The translations under genes and the position numbers were made by a program. From Octopus bimaculoides (Eukaryota), in NCBI RefSeq assembly GCF_001194135.2, contig NC_069005.1, positions 15,752,903 through 15,789,089 on the forward strand: 36,187 nt of DNA. Reading direction: 5' to 3'. The notes below the pieces were generated by a model that was not told where the DNA came from, ran no database searches, and saw nothing but the letters and a program-made list of their open reading frames with translations. Shown here piece by piece: positions 1 through 9,288 of this stretch. The number at the start of each line of letters is the position of its first letter. The first letter of the stretch is position 1.

Positions 1-58
1 ATCACATATATATCATACATATATCATATATCTATCTATATATACCTATATATACATT

Positions 59-448
59 AGGCGTAGAAGTGGCTGTGTGGTAAGCAGCTTGCTTACCAAT
101 GACATGGTTCCGGGTTCAGTCCCACTGTGTAGCACCTTGGGCAAGTGTCTTCTACTATAGCCTCAGACTGACCAAAGCCTTGTGAGTAGATTTTATAGCC
201 AGAAACTGAAAGAAGCCTGTTGTGTATATATATATGTATGTGTGTGTATGTTTGTGCGTTTGTGTCTGTACCCCCAACATTGCTTGACAACTGATGCTGG
301 TGCATTTATGACCCTGTAACTTAGTGGTTCAGCAAAAGAGCCTGATAGAATAAGTATTAGGCTTAAAAAGAGTAAGCCTTGGGGTCGATTTGCTCGGTTT
401 GGTGCTCCAGCATGACCACAGTCAAATTACTGAAACAAGTAAAAGAGT
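59..448 (+). mobile_element. SINE family A, full length (tRNA-like head, internal TG/TA microsatellite, AAAG/AATA tail)
   Basis: GTGGCTGTGTGGTAAG...GGTTCAGTCCCACTG head and GGTGCTCCAGCATG...TGAAACAAGTAAAAG tail recur at 1733, 6353, 34391(-) and elsewhere. Confidence 0.85.
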
Positions 449-454
449 AAATAA

Positions 455-503
<49 letters not shown>

Positions 504-1724
504 CAGAGTGCGTAAGATATTTGAGGATAGATTTATTTTTATAAAAAAACAAATATATAATAACAGATAATAACTTTATTTATCAAAAAAATGCTATGAG
601 GATAAAAATAAAGTTTCTTTTCTATAATGTCATTCAGTAAAGCCACCTTCAGCTTCAACAACTACTTCTATATGAGATCTAAATCATCTACATGCTCGAT
701 TCAAGTGGTTCTGGTTCATTTGGGACATTACTGACTATGGCAGCTTTGGTGTTATGGGTGTGTTCCTTGACCTCTCTCTTAACAATGCTCCACATGTAAT
801 AGTCCATTGGATTGAAATTGGGGAATTAGGAGGCTAAATACTAGGAGTTAGCATGAAAATTTTCAGCCATCCATTCCTGTGTTACTAGAGTCGTGTGTGA
901 GAGTCTTACTGAAACACATATGGCCTTCCATTGTATACACTGTCTATGCAGGGCTTAACAATTGTTTCCTGGACTTCATTGTAGGTAGCAAAGTTAACTC
1001 TAAGGCCTTCTGGAAAGAAGTAAGGAGGCATCACATGTCCTCCACTGCTGACAACCCCTAAAACCATGACAGCTGCAAGAAATTTTGTATGCATAACACC
1101 TGGAACTTCAGAAGGGTCTGCACATAAGCATCTGTTATTTCTTCTGTTAGCTTTTTGATCTTGGGCGAAGTTTTTCTTATTTGAGAAAAACCAGATCAAA
1201 TCTTCTGTTGGATTTTTCAGTTTGTTTAAAAACCTTTTAAATCTGATGTAGTGATTTTCTTTTGCTTTTTCTGATATAAATTAACCTTTCCGCATCATAT
1301 AAGACTTCGTGAACAACATTTCTGACTGTTCCTTCTGACACATGGAGATCTTTTGCAATTGACCTCATGGACTTTCTGGGATTGTAATCAATGATCTGTT
1401 GAACTTGCTGAATAAATTCAGGTGTTCTAATGATTTCAGAGCATTTAGAATGCTTTTTATGCTATGATACTGGTGATACGTTTCCACCTTCAGTCTCTAG
1501 CTCCTTACAAACTTTGTAGACGAAAGATCTGGCAACTTTTAAAAATCAAAATATTTCTAAATTGCTATGCTCAGCCTTTATAACCACAAAACAACATGCC
1601 TCTTCATTTCTTGAGTAAGCTGAGGGTCTGCCATTATTATTTTCTGAAACAAAGATTATAGAGTTAGCAAAAAATGCAGCAATGACCCCAAAAAGCTATG
1701 TCCTCAAATATGTTATGCACCCTG
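504..1724 (-). mobile_element. Full-length decayed Tc1/mariner-superfamily DNA transposon (maT/DD37D-like)
   Basis: 26-bp TIRs: CAGAGTGCGTAAGATATTTGAGGATA (504-529) and the reverse complement of 1699-1724, CAGGGTGCATAACATATTTGAGGACA (4 mismatches); TA TSD at 502-503 and 1725-1726; internal transposase remnant. Confidence 0.92.
630..1634 (-). pseudogene. Transposase pseudogene (multiple stops and frameshifts)
   Basis: MADPQLTQEMKRH... HTH-like SMRSIAKDLHVSEGTVRNVVHE; WFFSNKKNF (normally SDEKxF); VMVLGVVS; YVFQ*DS; PPNSP..NPMDYYMW; ends VEAEGGFTE*. Includes ORF 906-1199. Confidence 0.9.
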
Positions 1725-1732
1725 TACATAAG

Positions 1733-2126
1733 TGCAGAGTGGCTGTGTTGTAAAAAGCTTGCTTCCCAAACACATGGTTCCGGGTTTGGTCCCACAGTGT
1801 GACATCTTGGACAAGTGTCTTCTACTATAGTCTCAGGCTGACTAAAGCTTTGTGAGTGAATTTAGTAGAGAGAAAATGAAAGAAGCCTGTTGTGTGTATA
1901 TGTATGTATGCATGTATGTATGTGTGTCTGTGTTTGTACCCCCCACCATCACTTGACAACCAATGTTGGTGTGTTTAAGTCCCTGTAACTTAGCGGTTTT
2001 AAAAAGAAACCAATAGAATAGGTACTAGCTTACAAAGAATAAGTCCTGGGGTCGATTTGTTCGACTAAAGGTGGTGCTCCAGCATGGCCACAGTCAAATG
2101 ACTGAACAAGCAAAAAGATAAAAGAA
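1733..2126 (+). mobile_element. SINE family A, full length
   Basis: Colinear with the copy at 59-448. Confidence 0.85.
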
Positions 2127-2469
2127 TATGTCTAACCACATCTACCCCTATTTCTAGCAGTTACTCACTCTCTCACCTCCCACCCATCCCTACATATTCA
2201 TGCTTGCAAATTTTACCCACCCTCTCTGATCTGTTCTCTATGCTCCCTTTTACTCACATTCTTGGGCATGTTATCTTTGGGGTTACTCTCAGGCACCCTT
2301 AATCACCATCATCATTTCCTCTTTTCTGGCATCACTCTATACACCCCAATCTATCCATATATAATGCAAGATAACCAGACAGCCCTGAATCTCCTCTATA
2401 AGAACAGATCTATCTATTCCTGTTTCTCCCATAATACCTTAGTTTTCAGCCTCCCACATAAATCTATCT

Positions 2470-2640
2470 CCTCCTCTCAGTTTTGCAAGTTACAAGGTGA
2501 CTTCCCTAGTATGGGTACCATGAAGAAAGCACCCCCATACACTCTGGATGTTGTTTTCATGCTGGTTAGAGAAGAAACCATGCCAAAACAGGGATGTGTG
2601 AGGAAGACTCAGTTCTCCAGTCCATTGGATCCAGATGAAT
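2470..2640 (+). mobile_element. Degenerate SINE family B fragment
   Basis: GGTACCATGAAGAAAGCACCC...AGAAACCATGCCAAAACAG resembles 25860-26040. Confidence 0.45.
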
Positions 2641-2745
2641 AATCCAGGGAGAGTGGACTTTTCCTTTCATTTCCGTACTGTTTCTGTAAATGCTACAAGC
2701 TCTGTGTTATATCTCAGCCACTTACATTTCTTTCAGATAGCCAAT

Positions 2746-3095
2746 ATCATCAACATCATCACCCTTTAACATCTGTTTCCCATACTGGCATGGGATGAAC
2801 AGTTTGACCAGAGCTGTCAAACCAGAGAGCTGTACCAGGTTCCAGTTTGATTTGGCTTGGTTTCTATGGTTGGATGCCTTTCCTAACACTAACCACTTTA
2901 CAGTGTGTACTTGGTGCTTCTAACGTAGTACTGGCACAAGTTTTAATGCGGCACCAGCACAGGACTCTTACAGGTCAGTCCTCTTCACCAGGGGATGCGG
3001 CCTTAACACTTCTGCTGTGGAGTATGGATCTTCTTGAGTACAGCAAGGCACAAGATATCTTGGTTCAGAATCCCAAGGTTGGACTTTGTTGTAGG
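2746..3095 (-). mobile_element. SINE family B (GAT-repeat tail)
   Basis: Reverse complement of the GGTTGGTGTTAGGAAGGGCATCCA...GTTAAA(TGA)n tail seen at 4290-4432. Confidence 0.75.
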
Positions 3096-3125
3096 TTACT
3101 AGTTTTTAAATATCAACTGGATAGT

Positions 3126-3156
<31 letters not shown>

Positions 3157-3315
3157 AGTGAAGATGCATGGCTCAGTGATTTGAGCATCGAGCTCACAAT
3201 CACAAGGGAGTGAATTCAATTCCTGGACTGGGCTGTGTGTTGTATTCTTGAGCAAGACACTTTATTTCACATTATTTACATTTGGCGGATATTTGTCTTC
3301 ATCTGGTTTGTTATT

Positions 3316-3358
3316 AACACGTTTTGGCTGATATACCCTCCATCCTTCATCAGGTGTC
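3316..3358 (-). ncRNA. Degenerate copy of the hammerhead ribozyme motif
   Basis: Reverse complement GACAC-CTGATGA-A-GGATG-GAGGGTATAT-CAGCC-AAAAC-GTGTT: GAAA changed to AAAA, a stem II mismatch and loss of 3 nt at the cleavage site. Confidence 0.6.
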
Positions 3359-3405
3359 TTGGGGAAATTTCGAACTTGGGTTCTCATTCCTAAGGTATTT
3401 TTCAA

Positions 3406-3470
<65 letters not shown>

Positions 3471-3567
3471 TCACTGCTTGGAATTGAACTCGGACCTGAA
3501 TAATAACAATAATAATAACATCAAAAAATACCTTAGGAATGAGAACCCAGGTTTGAAATTTCCCCAA

Positions 3568-3613
3568 GACACCTGATGAAGGCTGGAGGGTATATCAGCC
3601 GAAACGTTGTGTT
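3568..3613 (+). ncRNA. Minimal type I hammerhead ribozyme motif (Penelope-associated, dimer type)
   Basis: ACAC(3569-72)-CTGATGA(3573-79)-A-GGCTG/CAGCC stem II with 10-nt loop-GAAA(3601-04)-C-GTT^GTGT; stem I ACAC/GTGT; stem III is the loopless palindrome AACGTT. Confidence 0.75.
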
Positions 3614-3925
3614 AACAACAAACAAGACGAGGACAAATATCCATCAAATGTGAATAATGTACATAATTCCTCATCTCTTAAATATAGAACTACTTTATTT
3701 CATGTTGCTTCAGTTCACTCAGTTGTAGAAGTGAGTTGTGATGTCACTGGTGCCAAGCTGTATCAGCCTTTGCCTTTCCCTTGGATAACATCAGTGGTGT
3801 GGAGAGGGGAGGCTGGTATGCCTGGGCGACTGTTGGTCTTCCATAAACAACCTTGCTTGGACTTGTACCTCAGAGGGAAACTTCCTAAGTGCAATCCCAT
3901 GTCCATTCATGACTGAAGGGGGTCT

Positions 3926-4000
3926 TTTATGGGGTCTACCAGAATAAAATAATAATAAAAAGGGTCCAAAGGTAAAAGAATTGTTAAAAATCACTAGTCT
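3926..4000. mobile_element. Right end of an hAT-type MITE (family D); the left part continues at ~3100-3128
   Basis: GGGGTCTACCAGAATAAAAT...GGGTCCA..GGTAAAAG...GTTAAAAATCACT matches 9035-9288 and 31035-31104. Confidence 0.6.
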
Positions 4001-4204
4001 ATATCCTCCCATAGCGCATAGATTTCAAGAACGAAACACAGCTCTTATTTCCCTCCCTTTCCTCTAAACCAAAATCCTGCAAACAACTGCTATAAAAAGT
4101 CACAGCAAACATACATAACAATGATATTGTTAATGACATTAGAAATACTAATTTATATATTCATATATACTCAAGAAGACCAGTCCTTCACAACAGAAGC
4201 ATTA

Positions 4205-4432
4205 AGGCTGCTCCCCCAGGTGAGGGGGATTGGCTTGCAAGTGTCCTGTGCTGGTGCCACATAAAAGCAGCCAGCACACTCTGAAAAGTGGTTGGTGTTA
4301 GGAAGGGCATCCAGCCACAGAAACTAAGCCAAAACAGACTAGAATTTAGTGCAACTCTCCAGTTTAGCAGCTCTGGTCAAACCATCCAACCCATGCCAGC
4401 ATGGACAACAGATGTTAAATGATGATGATGAT
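4205..4432 (+). mobile_element. SINE family B, 3' part
   Basis: GCTGGTGCCACATAAAAG...AGGAAGGGCATCCAGCC...CCCATGCCAGCATGG...GTTAAATGATGATGATGAT. Confidence 0.8.
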
Positions 4433-4636
4433 TTATTGACAGTAGTTGTAAATGATACCTATTCCTAAGCCTAAGGAACAAAGGGTTGGAAAATGAATGA
4501 TGACTGAATGTGATGAAAGGGCAAATGTAATCAAGTGTATAAACCTACCAACTGCCAGCAGACCATGGCACAACTTATTTTATTCTTTAAGGGTAGAGAC
4601 ATTGTCAGCCTGTAATAAATCAGCAAAACGGAAAGT

Positions 4637-4760
4637 GCAAGTATGGCTGTGTCATAAGAAGTTTGCTTCCCAACCACATAATTCCAGGTTCATTTCTACT
4701 GTGAGGCATCTTGGGCAAGTGTCTGCCACTATAGCTTTGGGTTAACCAAAGATTTGCGAG
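4637..4760 (+). mobile_element. SINE family A, 5' head only
   Basis: GGCTGTGTCATAAGAAGTTTGCTTCCCAACCAC...GGGCAAGTGTCT. Confidence 0.75.
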
Positions 4761-4762
4761 TG

Positions 4763-4876
4763 AAGTTGAATTTGTCTTTCATCCTTTCGGAGTCAATAAA
4801 ATATGTACCACTTGAACATTGGGGTCGATGTAATCAATTTACCTCACCCCTAAAATTGCTTGTACCAAATTTTGAA

Positions 4877-4908
<32 letters not shown>

Positions 4909-5165
4909 ATTTTATGTTTTTTATTTCATCAGGTGGCGAGCTGGTAGAAGAGGCAGTGAGCTGACAGAATCATTGGCACATTGGACAAAATGCTTAGTCG
5001 CATTTCATCTGTCTTTGCATTCTGAGTTCAAATTCTGCCAAGATCAACTTTGCCTTTAATACTTTCAAGGTCAATAAATTAAGTACAAGTTGAGTATTAG
5101 GGTCGATGTGATTGACTTAACTCCTTCCTGAAATTACTGGCCTTGTGCCAAAATATTTGAAATGA
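4763..5165 (+). mobile_element. Two tandem SINE family E copies (3' half, then near full length) separated by (ATT)n
   Basis: Shared CTTTCATCCTTTCGGAGTCAATAAAAT..GTACC...GGGGTCGATGTAATC core; head GGTGGCGAGCTGG/GAGCTGACAGAATC. Confidence 0.8.
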
Positions 5166-5622
5166 TTATTAGTATTGAGTGAGAGAGCAATAAATTCCAT
5201 CAAAGGGACACTGGGGTACAGCCCAATATATACATCATGACTACTCATCTAATAAGAGTACATCAGGCACATGCATCACAACCAGGTGGGGCCCTGTTAG
5301 AATTTTTCTTCAGGTCAAGTAGCCCATCCCATGCAAAAGGCCCCTGAATAAGGGTTATTTAAGGACAACCCATGTTTCCAAAGGTGAATTATTCAAACCC
5401 CAAAGAATTCCTCTCAACACACAGCTATGATGCTCCCCCCACTACTTCCAATTGTGATCAGAGATGCACATATTGTCAACTGACAAGCAAATTTGTGGTA
5501 TTGAGCAGAATATTTGCTGTAGCCCATCCTTTATATCAAGACAAAACCTGTACAAGATAACACTTCCAATCAGTTAAGATCGAAAGCCATAAGAGCCATT
5601 GCCTGGTACTGCATCAGGGCAT

Positions 5623-5630
5623 TTATTATA

Positions 5631-5680
<50 letters not shown>

Positions 5681-5692
5681 CATTATTATTAT
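5623..5692. repeat. (ATT)n microsatellite
   Basis: Direct inspection. Confidence 0.95.
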
Positions 5693-5694
5693 GA

Positions 5695-6068
5695 TTTCAA
5701 AGTATGCCAAGGTCATCTTTGCCTTTCATCTTTTTGGAGTCACTAAAATGAATACCAGTCAAGAACTGGAGTCGATGTAATTGACTAGCTCCCTTCCCCC
5801 AAATTTCAGGCCTTGTGCCAATAGAAGAAAGAATTATTATCAAGGTGGCAAACTGGCAGAACCATCAACACACTGGGCAAAATGCTTAGTGGCATTTCAT
5901 CTATCTTTACATTCTGAGTTCAAATTCTACTGAGGTCATCTTTGCCTTTCATCCTTTTGGGATCAATAAAATAAGTACCAGTTGAGTATTGGAGTCGGTC
6001 TAATCAACTATCCCCCTCCCAACAAATTTCAGGCTTTGTGCCTATAGTAGAAAGGATTATTATTATTA
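5695..6068 (+). mobile_element. Two tandem SINE family E copies (partial 5695-5835, full 5840-6068)
   Basis: Repeated GAGGTCATCTTTGCCTTTCATCCTTTTGG...AAATTTCAGGC..TGTGCC..TAGTAGAAAG. Confidence 0.8.
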
Positions 6069-6352
6069 ATTTTTAAAAATTTTGTTTTTTATTTTCTTAC
6101 AAATATATTTACATTCATGTGTTATTTCTGACATCCGTGGTTGGGTTTGTTGTTGCTTAACTGAAGAAATAGTTGCTTGAAAATGAAACATTCCCCTATG
6201 AATGTGGCCATCTTTGGAGTGAAGTATGAATATTGCAATATTTAAAAATGGACTCCTGCAAGAAAAATAAGTGAGTATTTACCATTCTGTTCTGAATTCA
6301 CTGATGAGAACCTGAAGGAACAAATTCAAAAGCCTACCCCATTTCACAGATT

Positions 6353-6765
6353 ATAGGGTGGTTGTGTGGTAAGAAGTTTGCTTCCCAACCTTATGGCTCT
6401 GGGTTCAGTCCCACTGTGTGGAACCTTGGGTAAGTGTCTTCTACTGTAGCCTCCTCAGACCAACCAAAACCTTGTGAGTGAATTTGGTAGCTGGAAACTG
6501 AAAAGAAGCCCATCGTATGTATATATATGTATATATTTATGTGTGCGTGTTTCTCTGTGTCTGTATTTGTCCCCCCACCATCACTTGACAACTGATACTG
6601 GCATGTTTATGTCCCCATAACTTAGCAGTTCAGCAAAAGAAACTGATAGAATAAGTACTAGGCTTACAAAGAATAAGTCCTGGGGTCGATTTCTTTGACT
6701 AAAATCCTTTAAAGTGGTGCTCCAGCATGGTCACAGTCAAATGACTGAAACAAATAAAACAATAA
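6353..6765 (+). mobile_element. SINE family A, full length
   Basis: Colinear with 59-448 and 1733-2126. Confidence 0.85.
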
Positions 6766-6863
6766 ATAAAAGAATATATATATATAGAGAGAGAGAGAGA
6801 GGGAGCCTTCTACGAATCCATGTGAGAAAACATATGCTCTCGTATCTTTGCCAATAGAGTGAG

Positions 6864-7136
6864 TATATCAATCGAAGCGTACAGTGTATGTACATTACGA
6901 CTGATCCTACCAATTGGCTTTGCACCAGGGCTTCAACGGGGTGTTCGATAACAGCCTGATGATGTAACACTGTGCTCTTCAGAGATGGCAGAGTTACATA
7001 ATCAGGCGGTAATCTAACACTGTGGAAGGGTTTGTAATCAGGTTGTTATCTAAAACTTTGTTGAACCCCTAATGTGAAACCAATTGGTAAGATCGGCAGT
7101 AATGGATATATAATACTGAACACTTCAATCAATATA
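6864..7136. mobile_element. Foldback element/MITE with ~97-bp imperfect terminal inverted repeats
   Basis: 6864-6960 matches the reverse complement of ~7037-7136 (e.g. GATCCTACCAATTGG vs GATCTTACCAATTGG; GATAACAGCCTGAT vs GATAACAACCTGAT); ends in TA-rich sequence. Confidence 0.7.
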
Positions 7137-8399
7137 TATATATATATATGTATGTATGTATGTATGTATATTGTGTATGTACATACAAAAAGAACAAGAG
7201 GCTGAGGAAGCAGAAGACAAGAGAAAGACTGAGAGAATAAGAGAGCAAAAGGAGTGAGAAGATGTAAGACAATGCATGTACGAAAGAAATGAATTTTAGA
7301 TATGAAAGAGGGAGAGAGAGAGAGTATGAAAATTCCAAAAATCTTTACCTTAAACTTCAGCTCTTGAAGTTGACAGCAAAGTAGCGTTATAATTTTGAGG
7401 ACTTCCATATGCAGATGTAAATAATACAGAAGTCTGTCCATGCTACAGCGATTTTGTTTCATTGAAAATTCAGAGCCTCTCATTTTTTTTATCATGTAAT
7501 TTAATCTGCCCTCCCTTTGTGTTGCTGGACAACATTTTTTTAGGGTGTTTGATAATTTAATCCCCTGCAGCATTTTGTCATTACAAAGTCATCAGACTGC
7601 ATGCAGAATAAGTTGGAGAAAGAAAATTTAGAAATAATTGATATTTCGGGTGAAGATTTATCCATGATTGAATGTTTGAAAGACAAGGAGCATCTAGAAT
7701 AGAGTTTTTTGGAATTTCTTTCAGAAATTCTTGTGAGATAATGGCACTCTTCAGAGGAGTTTGAGCAGATAAAATTGGAAAAATATAGAACAGGGTGTTA
7801 TATAGACACAGAGACAGACACATGAGTAAACTTCAGTATTTTAGCAGGTAAGTCGTCATCGTCATCATCATCATCATGTTATCACTGTTTTGACAATCTT
7901 TCAAATATACCTGAATAGAGGAGGAATTATACACATGAATGAGCCTAAAGATACACACACACACATATATACATATAGATACATATACACACACACACTG
8001 ATGTGCAAACATAGATATACACACTTATATAAACACAAATACACAATTTTTTTATTAGCAATCAAGATTTTCTTTAGCAAATGTATTTCTGTTAAAGATG
8101 CAAGCCACTTTCTTTATTCATATATCTGATACAGGTACAAGGCCTAAAATATTGGTGGGGAAGGGTTTATTCAATTAAGATTGGCCCAAATTCTTGGCTA
8201 ATTTTAAACTATTAACTTACAAAATGAAATTCAAGACAAAGACAACTTCAAAAAAAAAAAGAAATTAAAAACTTTGCATCAACCATTAAATGACATTTTA
8301 ACTTTCAAAGCTTATTGTATATAAGAATATTTATTCTGGAATTCTAATTGTAAAATATTGTCCAGTAAGTGGTCGTACACTGAAAGAGTCTCAACACAG

Positions 8400-8606
8400 T
8401 TGTTTGAATTGTTAGAAATAGTAGCTAAAATCTCTATGACACTTCACTCTATTGTTTATTTTAAAATAAAATAGAAAGGATGCATTGGATAACGTAATGT
8501 TAAGTAAACTGTGTCTGCAAAGATAAAGACAGGCCATTATGGCTAGAAAAGCTTTGATCTTCAACCTACTTGATCAGGACTGATCTGCAACTAAGCAACA
8601 AAAACA
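8400..8606 (+). mobile_element. SINE-like family G, 3' part with (CAA)n-type tail
   Basis: TTAGAAATAGTAGCTAAA...CATTGGAT...CTAAGCAACAAAAAC; similar to 16235-16436 and 21310-21390. Confidence 0.55.
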
Positions 8607-8796
8607 GTTTTGTAACATAAGGTGATTTAGATGATAAATGAAAACAATAAAATATCAATATATATATCTGCCAAAATGGGTTGCTCCAAAAGATCTCTGA
8701 AGTAATGTTACTCAACAGGGTACATAACTCAAAGATCAGCTAGTCTCACCAGGTGGAGCTATTACTTCTCTGGTACTATAAACAGAATGATTAGAA

Positions 8797-9288
8797 CAGT
8801 GATTTTCAACTGGAGGTTTGTATAAGATTTTTAGGGGACCACACAAGCAAAAGTTAGTCCACAATAGCATTTTATGGCCCCATGAAACATTTTTGCTTTA
8901 GATGTGTTTATTGCAAGAAACAAACAGGTTTCTTTCTCTGATGTTTTACATAGTTCAACCGACACATGTGAATGTATGAAAAACAAAATAGGAATTTGGA
9001 AAGAACATTAGTTTTTAAACATCAAATGACAATGGGGGTCTACCAGAATAAAATAGCAATCAAAGGAGTCCATCGTCATCATCATCATTTATTGTCTGTT
9101 TACCATGCTGGCATGTGTTGGACGATTTGACTGAAAACTGGTAAGCTGGGGAGCTGCACTAAGTTCCAATCTGACTTGGCAGGGTTTCTATATTTGGATG
9201 CCCTTCCTAATGCCAACTGCTCCAAGAGTGTAGTGGGTGCTTTTTACGTACCACAGGTCCATAGATAAAAAATGGTTGAGAACCACTG
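8797..9288. mobile_element. hAT-type MITE (family D) containing a SINE B insertion
   Basis: TIRs CAGTGATTTTCAAC / GTTGAGAACCACTG; degenerate 8-bp TSD GATTAGAA / GA-TAGAC. Confidence 0.75.
9074..9256 (-). mobile_element. 5'-truncated SINE family B
   Basis: (CAT)n start and TGGATGCCCTTCCTAATGCCAAC; TSD GTCCAT at 9068-9073 and 9257-9262. Confidence 0.85.

Larger units (their letters stand above)
3270..3691. mobile_element. Penelope-like element terminal-repeat remnant in inverted (palindromic) arrangement
   Basis: Arms 3270-3472 and 3493-3659 are reverse complements around a 20-nt loop; only the right arm has a 32-nt extra tail (3660-3691); 11-bp TSD ACTTTATTTCA at 3259-3269 and 3692-3702; hammerhead motif in each arm. 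Confidence 0.8.
3157..3925 (+). mobile_element. SINE family C, split by the Penelope-type insertion at 3270-3691
   Basis: Head GGCTCAGTG...AATTCAATTCCTGG, then TTCTTGAGCAAGACACTTTATTTCA; resumes at 3692 and ends GAAGGGGGTC; colinear with the minus copies at 9693 and 30571. Confidence 0.85.

Noticed and set aside
59-140. tRNA genes at SINE heads
   Set aside because: A/B-box-like motifs only, with no closable cloverleaf, and continuous with SINE bodies.
2130-2440. Possible very old RTE 3' end on the minus strand
   Set aside because: Only faint motif similarity (PKIT..KNVS, RDGW) across several frameshifts; not supportable by eye.
6955-7007. Other CTGATGA motifs as hammerheads (6956, 6301, ~21488, ~27528)
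   Set aside because: No stem II followed by GAAA, and no matching stem I or cleavage triplet.
7046-7573. 175-aa minus-strand ORF as a complete gene
   Set aside because: Its C-terminal half runs through TC/TA microsatellites and the foldback element; only 7349-7573 is kept as a possible exon.
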